Assembly: GCA_016186695.1 (NCBI GenBank)
Contig: JACPLC010000002.1
Location: 31,335 to 95,334 of the forward strand
Origin: Candidatus Kaiserbacteria bacterium
Lineage (GTDB): Bacteria > Patescibacteriota > Minisyncoccia > Phycocordibacterales > UBA2100
DNA length: 64,000 nucleotides
Direction of reading: 5' to 3'
Below the pieces are notes generated by a model, which saw only the letters and a list, made by a program, of their open reading frames with translations, searched no databases and was not told where the DNA came from. How positions within the stretch are numbered: the first letter of the stretch is position 1; every line of letters starts with the position of its first letter. Made by a program: the position numbers and the translations under genes. Shown piece after piece: positions 46,643-56,125 of the stretch.

Positions 46643-47980
46643 ATGGGAAAAAAGTTTCAAAAAGCGTTGCGCGATGGGCGTGGCCAGCGTCTCTGGAGAA
46701 AAGCAAAGACACTGATCCCAGGGGGCAATCAGCTTCTCTCAAAACGTGCAGAAATGTTCCTTCCGGAGCATTGGCCGGCGTATTATTCGAGAGCAAAAGG
46801 CGCGTACATCTGGGATCTCGATGGACGCCGATATACCGATATGTCCATCATGGGTGTCGGCGCGAATATTCTCGGGTATGGCGATCCGGACGTTGATCGC
46901 GCAGCGATAGACGCAGTGAAGCGCAGTCCGATGAGCACCCTGAATGCTCCCGAAGAAGTTGAGCTTGCGGAAGAACTCTGCAGGATACATCCGTGGGCGG
47001 ACATGGTGCGGTATGCGCGAACCGGTGGGGAATCCATGGCTGTCGCAGTACGCATTGCGCGCGCTCACACAAGACGTGACATCATCGCATTCTGCGGATA
47101 TCACGGATGGAGCGATTGGTATCTGGCCACGAATCTCGAGCGGAAGAATGCACTGGCCGGGCACCTTCTAGCAGGGCTTGAACCAAAAGGCGTACCGCAC
47201 GGACTTACCGGCACGATACTTCCGTTCCGCTATAACAGGCTCGAAGAACTGGAACGGATAGTGAAAAAGCACCCGACACTTGCGGCTATTGTCATGGAGC
47301 CGATACGCAATGTCGAGCCGGAAAAAGGGTTTCTGCAGAAGGTGCGGAAGATCGCGGACAAGGCGGGTGCCGTTCTCATTTTTGATGAAATAACCATCGG
47401 GTGGCGTCTTGTACACGGCGGTGCTCATCTCAAATACGGGGTCAACCCTGATATCGCAGTCTTCGGCAAAGCGCTCTCGAATGGCTATCCAATGGCTGCC
47501 ATCATCGGTCGCCGAAAGATCATGCAGTCGGCGCAGGATTCTTTTATCTCGAGTACCTATTGGACCGATCGTATCGGGCCCGCAACGACTCTCGCGGCGC
47601 TCCGTAAAATGAGAAAGGTCAAACTGCCGCAACAGCTTGCGCGAGTGGGGAAAGAGGTGCGACGCATCTGGCTAAGAGCTGCGAAAAAGCATGGACTCCC
47701 GATACATATAAACGGTGTTCTTCCGCTTTCGCACTTCTCATTTGAAGGAGCTGACGCGCAGGCAGCAAAAACACTTTTTACGCAGGAGATGCTGAGGCGT
47801 GGGTTTCTTGCAACCGACTCGCTGTATGCTTCGCTCGCACATACGCCGGCAATACTCACGCAATACGCGAAAGCCGTTGATACGGTCTTTGGCGTAATTG
47901 CGGCGGCAAGAAAGAAAGGTGGAGTCAAAAAGGCACTCAAGGGCCCCGTTGCCCACACCGGTTTTCAACGTCTCAATTAG
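46643..47980 (+). CDS. Class III aminotransferase (glutamate-1-semialdehyde aminomutase-like)
   Basis: IPGGNQLLSKR, WDLDG, RTGGE, GYHGW, FDEI, FGKALSNG. Confidence 0.9.
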   Translation: MGKKFQKALRDGRGQRLWRKAKTLIPGGNQLLSKRAEMFLPEHWPAYYSRAKGAYIWDLDGRRYTDMSIMGVGANILGYGDPDVDRAAIDAVKRSPMSTLNAPEEVELAEELCRIHPWADMVRYARTGGESMAVAVRIARAHTRRDIIAFCGYHGWSDWYLATNLERKNALAGHLLAGLEPKGVPHGLTGTILPFRYNRLEELERIVKKHPTLAAIVMEPIRNVEPEKGFLQKVRKIADKAGAVLIFDEITIGWRLVHGGAHLKYGVNPDIAVFGKALSNGYPMAAIIGRRKIMQSAQDSFISSTYWTDRIGPATTLAALRKMRKVKLPQQLARVGKEVRRIWLRAAKKHGLPIHINGVLPLSHFSFEGADAQAAKTLFTQEMLRRGFLATDSLYASLAHTPAILTQYAKAVDTVFGVIAAARKKGGVKKALKGPVAHTGFQRLN

Positions 47981-48002
47981 GCTTGTTTTAAGGCCTTTGC
48001 TC

Positions 48003-48103
48003 GGAGGTGTCACACGCTGAGGGTCGCGTCCGCATGTGCTCACGCGGCGCTCCCGCTCGGCGCCTTCGCGCCTCCGCGAAGACCCTCACGACGCAATACC
48101 TCC
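48003..48103. repeat. Structured intergenic element (nested inverted repeats) between convergent genes
   Basis: GGAGGT/ACCTCC outer arms, TGAGGGTC/GACCCTCA inner arms, internal hairpins CCGC/GCGG and TTCGCG/CGCGAA. Confidence 0.5.
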
Positions 48104-48132
48104 TCGCTGCCGGAACGAGTTTCAAACGTGTG

Positions 48133-48969
48133 CTAGCGTGGAATGAGCATGACGAGTCCGCCGACAATGAGGAGGAGAAGGCCGGCTTTCAGCCAGAAAT
48201 ACCGCTCGTGGAAATAGAGTTTGCCGGAGAGAAGCGCAAAGAGAACCGCGAAACTGCGCATCGCTGCCGCGATGACTGATGGGGGCGCGAATAGGTAGGC
48301 GAACGAATTGGCAATGTGCGCCAAGCCGGAGCTGAAGCTTTGTGCAAAGAACACGCTTCGTGCAAGAAAACGTAAAGGATTCTCGCGGGCGATGAATCGG
48401 GCGGCTACGAAGAAATACACGAGAAGGATCATCATGATAATGCCCTGTTCAGCCTCCACGGAATTGAAGTGCGAGATATCGTATTTGTAGAGGGAAATGG
48501 TCACCGAAGCATTTACTGCGCCGATGAGAAGGAACGAGAGGCCGCGCACCGTGTGTCTCTCATAGAAGAGCAGTGTCGAGACGGCGGCGAGTATGAGAGC
48601 CATACCGAGTACCTGCAGAGACGAGAGCGGATAGCCGAGCATGAGGTCAATGACAAGAAGCAGGGGGATCGTCAGTGATTTTACGAATCCAAAGTCAGCT
48701 CGGGAGGCTTCGATGATGCCGCGTGTCGTTACATACGCCTGCAGTATCTCGAGGATCGCGCGGGGGATAAATGTCGGAAGTGACGCGAGCGAAAAGACAA
48801 AACTGTCCCGAGCCATACCCAGGATGACGATAAAGAGCGTTCCGAAGAAAAGGCTGACGAAGCTAAGCGTGTAGACACTTGCCACTCTGTCGTGCCCTTC
48901 CTTTTTCCCGATCGACTCCGAGATCTCGGCAAAGAAGTTGCCAACGCCTGCGAGAAGAATACCGAACAT
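48133..48969 (-). CDS. EamA/DMT-like ~10-TM membrane protein
   Basis: About 10 hydrophobic helices in two halves, ending SGKLYFHE...K..LL pattern typical of EamA repeats. Confidence 0.65.
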   Translation of the reverse strand: MFGILLAGVGNFFAEISESIGKKEGHDRVASVYTLSFVSLFFGTLFIVILGMARDSFVFSLASLPTFIPRAILEILQAYVTTRGIIEASRADFGFVKSLTIPLLLVIDLMLGYPLSSLQVLGMALILAAVSTLLFYERHTVRGLSFLLIGAVNASVTISLYKYDISHFNSVEAEQGIIMMILLVYFFVAARFIARENPLRFLARSVFFAQSFSSGLAHIANSFAYLFAPPSVIAAAMRSFAVLFALLSGKLYFHERYFWLKAGLLLLIVGGLVMLIPR

Positions 48970-49053
48970 AATCAAGCTGAAATTCTACTACCGGGCATAG
49001 GTATTACTGTAGCAGAGTTTCTTTAGCGGGCCCCCACGATATATAGTGTGACG

Positions 49054-49812
49054 ATGACCGGCGCTATCATTCAGGCCCGTATGAGCTCGACCCGACTTCC
49101 CGGCAAAGTCATGCTGCCGCTTTCGGGTGAGCCGGTCTTGTACCATGTGGTCGAGCGGACGAAGCGCTCGCGAGGCGCTGATGAGGTCATTGTTGCAACG
49201 ACGGTTGAACGTGAGGACGATACGATTGCCGAATTTTGCCAGAAACGCGGCTATGTATGCTTTCGCGGTTCGCGTGACGATGTGCTTGGCCGCTTTCTCG
49301 AGGCCGCACGAGCGTCGAAGCTCGACACGATCGTGCGGATCACGAGCGACTGCCCGTTGATCGATCCGGACATCATCGATGAGACTATTCGCGCATATGA
49401 GCGGGAGTCTTGCGACTACCTGAGCAACGTCGGTCCGGGCGAACGTACATTTCCCCGCGGCCTCGATTGCGAAGTCTTTTCATTCGAGGCACTCTCGCGC
49501 GCGAACACTGAAGCTCGCGAGGAGTACGAGCGGGAGCACGTGACACCCTTTATGCACGAGAACAAAAAAGGTTCGTTCCGGATCGGTCCTCAAATTATGG
49601 CGTCGGGACCGTACGCGCGGCCGCAGTACAGGCTTACACTTGATTATCCGGAGGATTATCAGCTTTTCCAGCACCTCTTCGAGCGTTTTTATCGCGCCGG
49701 CGAAATCATATCCGTGCCGGAGGTCATAGCGTATCTCGACGAGCACCCCGAGATTGTTTCTATCAACGCGGCATACGAGGCAGAGTATCCACGACAGGGA
49801 ATACGCAGGTAA
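49054..49812 (+). CDS. SpsF/PseF-like cytidylyltransferase
   Basis: IIQARMSSTRLPGKV, RGS..DVL.R, VRITSDCP, PRGLD.E, REHVT, RLTLDYPED. Confidence 0.88.
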   Translation: MTGAIIQARMSSTRLPGKVMLPLSGEPVLYHVVERTKRSRGADEVIVATTVEREDDTIAEFCQKRGYVCFRGSRDDVLGRFLEAARASKLDTIVRITSDCPLIDPDIIDETIRAYERESCDYLSNVGPGERTFPRGLDCEVFSFEALSRANTEAREEYEREHVTPFMHENKKGSFRIGPQIMASGPYARPQYRLTLDYPEDYQLFQHLFERFYRAGEIISVPEVIAYLDEHPEIVSINAAYEAEYPRQGIRR

Positions 49813-49815
49813 CTT

Positions 49816-50499
49816 ATGGTGCAAGCATCGATCATCATACGCGCATACAATGCCGAAGCGACGATCGCCCGCGCACTTGAGAGCGTGTTAAAACAAGACG
49901 TTTCGTATACATACGAGATCGTCGTTGTTGATGATGGATCTCAAGACCGCACTGTGTCTATTGCGAATGAGTTCCTGCGCGAGAACGTGCGCTTGATAGA
50001 GCAGGGCAATCATGGAGTCTCATCTGCCGCGAACACGGGATTCTCCGCTGCGAGAGGAAAAGCCATACTCCTTCTCGATGCCGATGATGAGTTATTGCCG
50101 TCCGTAGCTCTAGGACTTGAGGCTCTTATATCATCACCCGCGGATTATGTGTATGGTGATTACATCGAAGAGTATCGCGGAGAAACGAGCCGCGTCCATG
50201 CGTCGGATCCCTTTAAGGTGCCGGCGGGTGCCGTCATCTGGCGTCGCGAGCGCCTTGTCGATGCAGGAGGATTCAAGAGCGAAACAGTGTTCCCTGAATA
50301 CGAGGTCTTACTCAAGATGTGGGATATCTGGAAAGGAATACACGTACCGGAGCCGTTTTTCGTCTATCATCGAACGGACACCTCTATCACGGCAGATAAG
50401 GAGCGTATTGCGGAGTCTATCCGGCTCTTGAAGCAAAAATTTCCGGCGCGGAGCAAAGAGATCGACCTGATACGAAACTACGATCCGCTCGCGCTATAA
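49816..50499 (+). CDS. Glycosyltransferase family 2
   Basis: SIII.AYN, VVDDGSQD, LLDADD. Confidence 0.9.
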   Translation: MVQASIIIRAYNAEATIARALESVLKQDVSYTYEIVVVDDGSQDRTVSIANEFLRENVRLIEQGNHGVSSAANTGFSAARGKAILLLDADDELLPSVALGLEALISSPADYVYGDYIEEYRGETSRVHASDPFKVPAGAVIWRRERLVDAGGFKSETVFPEYEVLLKMWDIWKGIHVPEPFFVYHRTDTSITADKERIAESIRLLKQKFPARSKEIDLIRNYDPLAL

Positions 50500-50527
50500 G
50501 ACGTGATGTGTATATACTGCAAGCGCC

Positions 50528-51187
50528 ATGAAAAAGAAACGACTGGTCATCACCGTTCTCATCGATAACCCGAAGAGCTGGTTTGTGCCACACGGGCGGG
50601 AGCTTGTCCGACGGCTGCAAAAACGAGGGCATCGAGCGTATTTGGTGCATGCCATGAACGGTCTCAAAAAAGGCGACTGCGCTTTTTTTCTAAGCTGCGA
50701 GAAAATCGTTCCTGCCCGTGTGCGCTCGCGCAACGCGCACAATATCGTCATTCACGGGAGCGCGCTGCCCAAAGGCAAGGGTATGTCGCCACTCACATGG
50801 CAGGTCGTGGAAGGGAAGAAGAAGATCCCGCACACAGTATTCGAGGCGGCCGACACGATCGACAGCGGCGTCGTCTACCACAGAGGTACACTGAAACTCG
50901 AAGGGCACGAGCTTCTCGATGAAATGCACGACAAACAGGGCGCTCTCATCATCTCACTCGCCCTGCATTTCATAGACTCATATCCGCCAAAAAAAGGAAC
51001 GCCGCAGCGAGGGCATCAAACACTGTATCGCCGCCGCCGGCCCGAAGACAGCGAGCTTGATCCCTCGCGGCCACTATCAGAGCAGTTCAACCTACTGCGC
51101 GTAGTCGATAACGAGAAGTACCCAGCATTCTTCAGGCACAGGGGTCACACGTATGTCCTAAAGATATACAAGAGAACACAACTATGA
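50528..51187 (+). CDS. Sugar N-formyltransferase (Fmt-like)
   Basis: NIVIHGSALPKGKGMSPLTWQ, IDSG, FNLLRVVDNEKYPAFF. Confidence 0.82.
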   Translation: MKKKRLVITVLIDNPKSWFVPHGRELVRRLQKRGHRAYLVHAMNGLKKGDCAFFLSCEKIVPARVRSRNAHNIVIHGSALPKGKGMSPLTWQVVEGKKKIPHTVFEAADTIDSGVVYHRGTLKLEGHELLDEMHDKQGALIISLALHFIDSYPPKKGTPQRGHQTLYRRRRPEDSELDPSRPLSEQFNLLRVVDNEKYPAFFRHRGHTYVLKIYKRTQL

Positions 51188-52239
51188 AGAGAGAAATACG
51201 TATTGGGAAACGCGCGATCGGTTCGCGACACCCTGTTTTTGTCGTTGCCGAACTCTCTGGCAATCACAAGGGCGATATCAAACGGGCACTGAAGATTATC
51301 GACGTGGCAGCAGAGGCCGGAGCAGACGCGGTCAAGCTCCAAACCTATACGCCTGACACGATGACAATAAACTCCCGCGGCCCGCTCTTTGTTGTGAAGA
51401 CGAATCCGGCGTGGAAAGGGAAAACACTCTATGAGCTCTACAAGGAGGCCCATACGCCGTGGTCGTGGCACAAGAGACTCTTCGCGCATGCCAAAAAGCG
51501 CGGCCTTATCTGTTTTTCAACGCCATTTGATGAGACCGCAGTCGACTTTCTCGAGACACTGAAAGCACCCATCTACAAAGTTGCATCGTTTGAGATCGTC
51601 GATATTCCGCTTCTAAAACGCATCGGGCGGACGAAAAAACCGGTCATTCTCTCTCGCGGCATGGCGAGCAGGGAAGAAATCGCACGTGCCGTCCGTACGT
51701 TGAGAAAAAGCGGCACAAAGGACATCGTCCTCTTGCATTGTGTCAGTGCGTATCCCGCGAAGCCAAAGGACATGAATCTGAAAACCATTCCCGATCTGAA
51801 GAGGCGTTTTCACGTAGAGATCGGGCTCTCCGATCACACATTGGGAAACGATGTCGCGATCACGGCGGTTGCGCTCGGTGCCACCGTGGTAGAGAAGCAC
51901 GTGACACTGAAGCGATCCGAGGGCGGACCCGACGCCGCCTTCTCGCTCGAGCCGCGCGAGCTGAAAGCACTCGTGAAATCGATCCGCACCGCGGAAGCAG
52001 CGCTCGGCAAACCCACCTATGCGCGCAATCCCGATGAGAAACAAAATATCGTGTTCCGCCGGTCACTGTTCGTCGTTCAGGATGTGAAAAGGGGGGAGAG
52101 ATTCACCAAGAAAAACCTCCGTTCTATCCGGCCCGGATACGGTCTCGCGCCGAGATTCTATGATGTCGTTCTCGGCAAGCGAGCCACGCGCAATATTGCC
52201 CGTGGCACGCCGCTCTCGTGGACGTTGATACGGAAGTAG
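51184..52239 (+). CDS. pseI: Pseudaminic acid synthase
   Basis: AELSGNH, VKLQTYTPDTMT, AHTPW.WH, KVASFE, GLSDHT, EKH, D.AFSLEP, SAF domain RPGYGL. Confidence 0.9.
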   Translation: MKREIRIGKRAIGSRHPVFVVAELSGNHKGDIKRALKIIDVAAEAGADAVKLQTYTPDTMTINSRGPLFVVKTNPAWKGKTLYELYKEAHTPWSWHKRLFAHAKKRGLICFSTPFDETAVDFLETLKAPIYKVASFEIVDIPLLKRIGRTKKPVILSRGMASREEIARAVRTLRKSGTKDIVLLHCVSAYPAKPKDMNLKTIPDLKRRFHVEIGLSDHTLGNDVAITAVALGATVVEKHVTLKRSEGGPDAAFSLEPRELKALVKSIRTAEAALGKPTYARNPDEKQNIVFRRSLFVVQDVKRGERFTKKNLRSIRPGYGLAPRFYDVVLGKRATRNIARGTPLSWTLIRK

Positions 52240-52374
52240 GAGACAGCGCGTAACAACGGGGAGAGACGGGGGCACGCACAGTGAACTGAACGCGAGTTAA
52301 ACTGTGTCCGTCCCTAAATCCCCATAGTTGTGGAAGACTCGTCTTGATCAAGCTGCACCATATATAATGATTTC

Positions 52375-53586
52375 ATGCGCTCTGGACATCTCCGTCTTCT
52401 AACGCTCGCATTGGCCATCGCACTATTCGGCTCGTTGCAAGCGTCTATCGTTTTTGCGCAAGACGTGAGCACCACTACCGCGTCGAACACGGAGCTCCAA
52501 GCGATTATTCGGCAGCTGCAGGCACAAATCAGCTCACTGCAGGAACAGTTGCTCGCATTGCGCCGCGAGGTAGCCGTTGTGAAAGCCGAAGTCGCACTCA
52601 CGAAAACACTGCGAAGGGGCAACACCGGAGAGGAAGTGAAGAGGTTGCAAGAACTCTTGGCTTCAGATCCCGATGTGTATCCAGAGCAATTGATCACCGG
52701 CTATTTCGGTGCCCGTACCGAATTCGCAGTCAAAAGATTTCAAGAAAAGTATCAACAAGATATCCTGGCACCCTTCGGTCTGACCGAGGGCACTGGTATT
52801 GTGGGAGAAGTGACACGGCAGAAGCTGAATGCCGCCGCAGCGCCCGCGAGTTCATCGGAGCTGGCGATTACTGCAAGGGCGATCGCAGGAAATGAAATCT
52901 CGGCAACACCCCCAAGTGCTGCGATACCCACTTCCTCCACGACCGTAACGACCTCTGAAACGGTCGCGGTCTCTCCTGTCGCGACTCAATCACAGTCGTC
53001 CACGCCTCCACCGGGTACCGCCCTTCCACCTCCCGTGACGACGCCAGCGCCGTCTCCAGCGCCTGCACCAGCTCCGACACCAACGCCTGAACCGGTGCCA
53101 CCACCACCTCCTCCACCACCCGCCTTGCCCACCTCCTCTTGTAGCGGCGGAAGCGAACGCATACCAGGGTTACCAAATTGTCTAATGCCGGAAAATCTTC
53201 CAGGAACATCATGGAATGAGGTCGACAACGCAACAGGCGCGGTCATAAACGGCGCCATATGCAGCGCCTCGGTGTGCGGGCGAAACGGCGAATGGAGAAC
53301 GCAGCTCAATTTCCCGAGCGGTTCTACATACATTCAGACGCCGTACAATGTCGCATATTGGGGGCGATACTTCGTTAACGGCGTTTGGGAAACCGCTGCC
53401 GGAGTCATACTCCAACCCGGAGAAATTCCTCCACCACCTCCTTCTGACACATCCGATTCGGGAGCAGACACGGCAACAGGTACACAAAGTACTCGGACAT
53501 CTTCGTTCGCTTCAACGAGTCAAGTCGCGAGTGTGCTCGAAGCTATTCGGCAGCTCCTGAACCAATTGCTTCAGCTTCTCCGGTGA
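52375..53586 (+). CDS. Secreted peptidoglycan-binding-domain protein with Pro-rich linker
   Basis: Signal peptide (VFA-Q), coiled coil, LRRGNTGEEVKRLQ..GYFG..T..AVKRFQ..GIVG..TR, Cys-containing domain, C-terminal amphipathic helix. Confidence 0.85.
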   Translation: MRSGHLRLLTLALAIALFGSLQASIVFAQDVSTTTASNTELQAIIRQLQAQISSLQEQLLALRREVAVVKAEVALTKTLRRGNTGEEVKRLQELLASDPDVYPEQLITGYFGARTEFAVKRFQEKYQQDILAPFGLTEGTGIVGEVTRQKLNAAAAPASSSELAITARAIAGNEISATPPSAAIPTSSTTVTTSETVAVSPVATQSQSSTPPPGTALPPPVTTPAPSPAPAPAPTPTPEPVPPPPPPPPALPTSSCSGGSERIPGLPNCLMPENLPGTSWNEVDNATGAVINGAICSASVCGRNGEWRTQLNFPSGSTYIQTPYNVAYWGRYFVNGVWETAAGVILQPGEIPPPPPSDTSDSGADTATGTQSTRTSSFASTSQVASVLEAIRQLLNQLLQLLR

Positions 53587-53626
53587 TAGTTGGACTTATT
53601 AATATTCTGGGTTGAGGTTTTTCGCG

Positions 53627-54580
53627 CTACGCGGATCGGTAGGCGCCGCGCGGGGCCTTTTTGGCTCCCTTGTATCCGGTGAGTTTGGGCATATCGACAC
53701 CTCGTGCGAGTGGAAGGATCACGAACATATCCTTGAGCTCCACCGCACTCGCAGATTCGTCTTCGGTCATTAAGGTCTCGTGCAATTTCTCGCCGGCTCT
53801 CAAGCCGATCATTTTGATGCTCATGCGCTTTCCCTTCCCGTGCTTCCTGATGAATTCTTTGGCAACATCGATAACACGCTTCGACGGTTTCATCTTCAAC
53901 ACGAATATTTCTCCGCCCTGCATATGTTCGAGCGCCCTGAAAACGAGTTCGACTGCCTCAGACAGTTCCATAAAGAAACGTGTCGCCTTCGCGTCGGTCA
54001 CCGTCACCGCTTTGTCTTCCCGGATCTGTTTTTCCCAGAGTTCGATGACAGAGCCGCGCGAGCCAAGCACGTTCCCAAACCGAACTGAAGCAAAGCGCGT
54101 GCGATGCGGCCCGACTGTCGCGTTTGCGGCTGTCATGAGGCGCTCCATCATCAACTTCGAGGCGCCCAAGACCGAGCCAGGATCGGCAGCTTTGTCGGTC
54201 GAGATGGCGAGCACTTTTTCGAGATCGTTGCGGAGTGCGACTTCGATAATATTCTGCGTGCCGACAATGTTCGTTTTTACCGCCTCGAAGGGATTGTACT
54301 CGCACACCGGCACGTGCTTGAGGGCAGCGGCGTGGAAGCAAATGTCAACGCCCTGAAAGGCAAGGTCGGTGCGCTCCTTGTCGCGAATGTCGCCGATGAG
54401 GTATCGCAGTCGTTTGTCTTCGGGCAGCTCATTTTTGAGCTCATGCTGCTTGTGCTCGTCCCTGCTGTAGATGCGAATTTGTTTTGCTTTCGTTTTCAAT
54501 AATTGCCGTACGATCTCTGAGCCGATCGAGCCGGTCCCGCCTGTCACGATAACGATCTTGCCGTCCGCCGTGTGCTTCAT
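53627..54580 (-). CDS. Soluble UDP-GlcNAc 4,6-dehydratase (CapD/PglF-like)
   Basis: TGGTGSIG, HAAALKHVP..E.NP.EA, STDKA, LGASK (Tyr replaced), VRFGNVLGSRGSV. Confidence 0.85.
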   Translation of the reverse strand: MKHTADGKIVIVTGGTGSIGSEIVRQLLKTKAKQIRIYSRDEHKQHELKNELPEDKRLRYLIGDIRDKERTDLAFQGVDICFHAAALKHVPVCEYNPFEAVKTNIVGTQNIIEVALRNDLEKVLAISTDKAADPGSVLGASKLMMERLMTAANATVGPHRTRFASVRFGNVLGSRGSVIELWEKQIREDKAVTVTDAKATRFFMELSEAVELVFRALEHMQGGEIFVLKMKPSKRVIDVAKEFIRKHGKGKRMSIKMIGLRAGEKLHETLMTEDESASAVELKDMFVILPLARGVDMPKLTGYKGAKKAPRGAYRSA

Positions 54581-55692
54581 AGGTTGGTAAGGGCATCTTT
54601 CAGTATTTTCGCGATGTATGCAACGTCTCGCTTCGTGAGACCGAGGTAGAAGGGGAGCGCCAGAGTCTTCCCGCTCACGTCTTCGGAAATCGGACATTCG
54701 CCTGCACGGTGTCCGCGAGAGCGGTAGAACTCGAAGAGATGGATGGAAGGCAGGTAGGGTTTCGCGTGGACGCCCCGCTTCTTGAGTGTCTCTATCAGCC
54801 TGTTGCGGTCCACGCGCTTGTCTTTAAGGGCGACAACGTACACGAACCACGTGTGTGTCGCGTTCTTTGCAGGAGTGGGAAGCTCGAGGAGATCGCTGAG
54901 CGGCGCAAGCGCTTCAGCATACGTGTGTGCAAGTTCTTTCCGCTTTCGAATGAGGAAGCGGATATTCTCAAGCTGGGCAAGGCCAAGCGCGGCACTCATC
55001 TCATCAAGCCGGTAATTGTAGCCGAGGTATTTGTGATCGAGCCACTGCATATTCGGTGCGCGTCCTTGGTTGCGCAGCGAGCGACAAAGTTCTGTGACAC
55101 GGTCATCGTCGGTCACGATCATGCCTCCTTCGCCGGTCGTCATCTGCTTGTTGGCGTAGAACGCAAACACTGCGGATTGCCCGAAGGTACCGGCCTTTTT
55201 CCCTTTGTACGTGGAAAGAAGCGACTCACAAGCGTCTTCGACAACGACGAGGTTGTGCTTGTTCGCAATCGCCAAGACCTCATCCATCTTCGCGGGCTGC
55301 CCAAAAATGTGCACCGGCATTATGGCGCGTGTTTTCGGCGTGATCTTCCTCTCGATATTTTTCGGGTCGATGTTGTAGCTCTTCGGATCAATATCGGCGA
55401 ATACGGGCGTTGCGCCCACATACAGAATGGCATTTGCCGATGCGACGAAGGAAAAGGGGGAGGTAATCACTTCGTCGCCGGGCTTTATGCCCGCGGCGAT
55501 AAGCGCGATGTGAAGGCCCGCCGTGCCGCTCGATACGGCAACGGCGTGTTTTGTACCGAGTGTTTTTGCGAACTTCTTTTCGAATTTCTCGATGAACGGC
55601 CCGATGGAGAGTCTGCCGGAGCGAAGCGCCTGCAATACGTAGCGCTCCTCCTTTTTCCCAATGTATGGCCGCGCCGTGGGGTAGAACTTCAT
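54577..55692 (-). CDS. DegT/DnrJ/EryC1/StrS sugar aminotransferase
   Basis: SSGTAGLH, EDACE, AFYANKQMTTGEGG, GYNYRLDE. Confidence 0.94.
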   Translation of the reverse strand: MKFYPTARPYIGKKEERYVLQALRSGRLSIGPFIEKFEKKFAKTLGTKHAVAVSSGTAGLHIALIAAGIKPGDEVITSPFSFVASANAILYVGATPVFADIDPKSYNIDPKNIERKITPKTRAIMPVHIFGQPAKMDEVLAIANKHNLVVVEDACESLLSTYKGKKAGTFGQSAVFAFYANKQMTTGEGGMIVTDDDRVTELCRSLRNQGRAPNMQWLDHKYLGYNYRLDEMSAALGLAQLENIRFLIRKRKELAHTYAEALAPLSDLLELPTPAKNATHTWFVYVVALKDKRVDRNRLIETLKKRGVHAKPYLPSIHLFEFYRSRGHRAGECPISEDVSGKTLALPFYLGLTKRDVAYIAKILKDALTNL

Positions 55693-55699
55693 TGTTAAA

Positions 55700-56110
55700 T
55701 CATTTCTGTTCAAGTTTTTTAACAACTTTTGCAGGAACTCCAAAAGCGACGGTGAACGCCGGAATGTCACTCTTTACATAACTATGTGCGCCGATCAACG
55801 CGCCCTCGCCAATGGTGACACTGGGCATGATGCTGCAATGCGTACCGATCTTCGCCCCCTTACCGATGACGACGCGTCCATGGGTTCCGTCTATCGTGCT
55901 CACGCTGTAAATGGCGCAGTGAGAGCCTATCTGTACCTCATCGTGGATCTCTACGCCATACTGCGGTTGAATATATGTCCCATAACCGATATCGGTGCGT
56001 ACCCCAAGCTTCAATTTATCAATGTGTTTCGGATGCACCTGCCAGCCATACATGGTCGAGCCATCGGCTCGGATTTCCGGCGCTTCCCAGTGCTCAAATC
56101 GATCGCTCAT
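55700..56110 (-). CDS. Hexapeptide-repeat (LbH) acyltransferase
   Basis: IG-x hexapeptide repeats, IGAHSYV, AFGVPAKVVK. Confidence 0.88.
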   Translation of the reverse strand: MSDRFEHWEAPEIRADGSTMYGWQVHPKHIDKLKLGVRTDIGYGTYIQPQYGVEIHDEVQIGSHCAIYSVSTIDGTHGRVVIGKGAKIGTHCSIMPSVTIGEGALIGAHSYVKSDIPAFTVAFGVPAKVVKKLEQK

Positions 56111-56125
56111 ACGGAAGGGAGTCTA

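Noticed and set aside
46643-47980. hemL (tetrapyrrole synthesis)
   Set aside because: Sits in the Pse operon with no hem genes nearby; called only as a class III aminotransferase
50528-51187. Methionyl-tRNA formyltransferase (fmt)
   Set aside because: Too short for Fmt and coupled to pseI; a sugar formyltransferase is more likely
53040-53125. CCA/CCT/GCG-rich tandem-like repeat
   Set aside because: Explained by the Pro/Ala linker coding sequence
54709-55698. 329-aa plus-strand ORF (similar cases at 40565-41542, 62433-63236, 1859-2602)
   Set aside because: Antisense to well-supported genes; expected from codon bias
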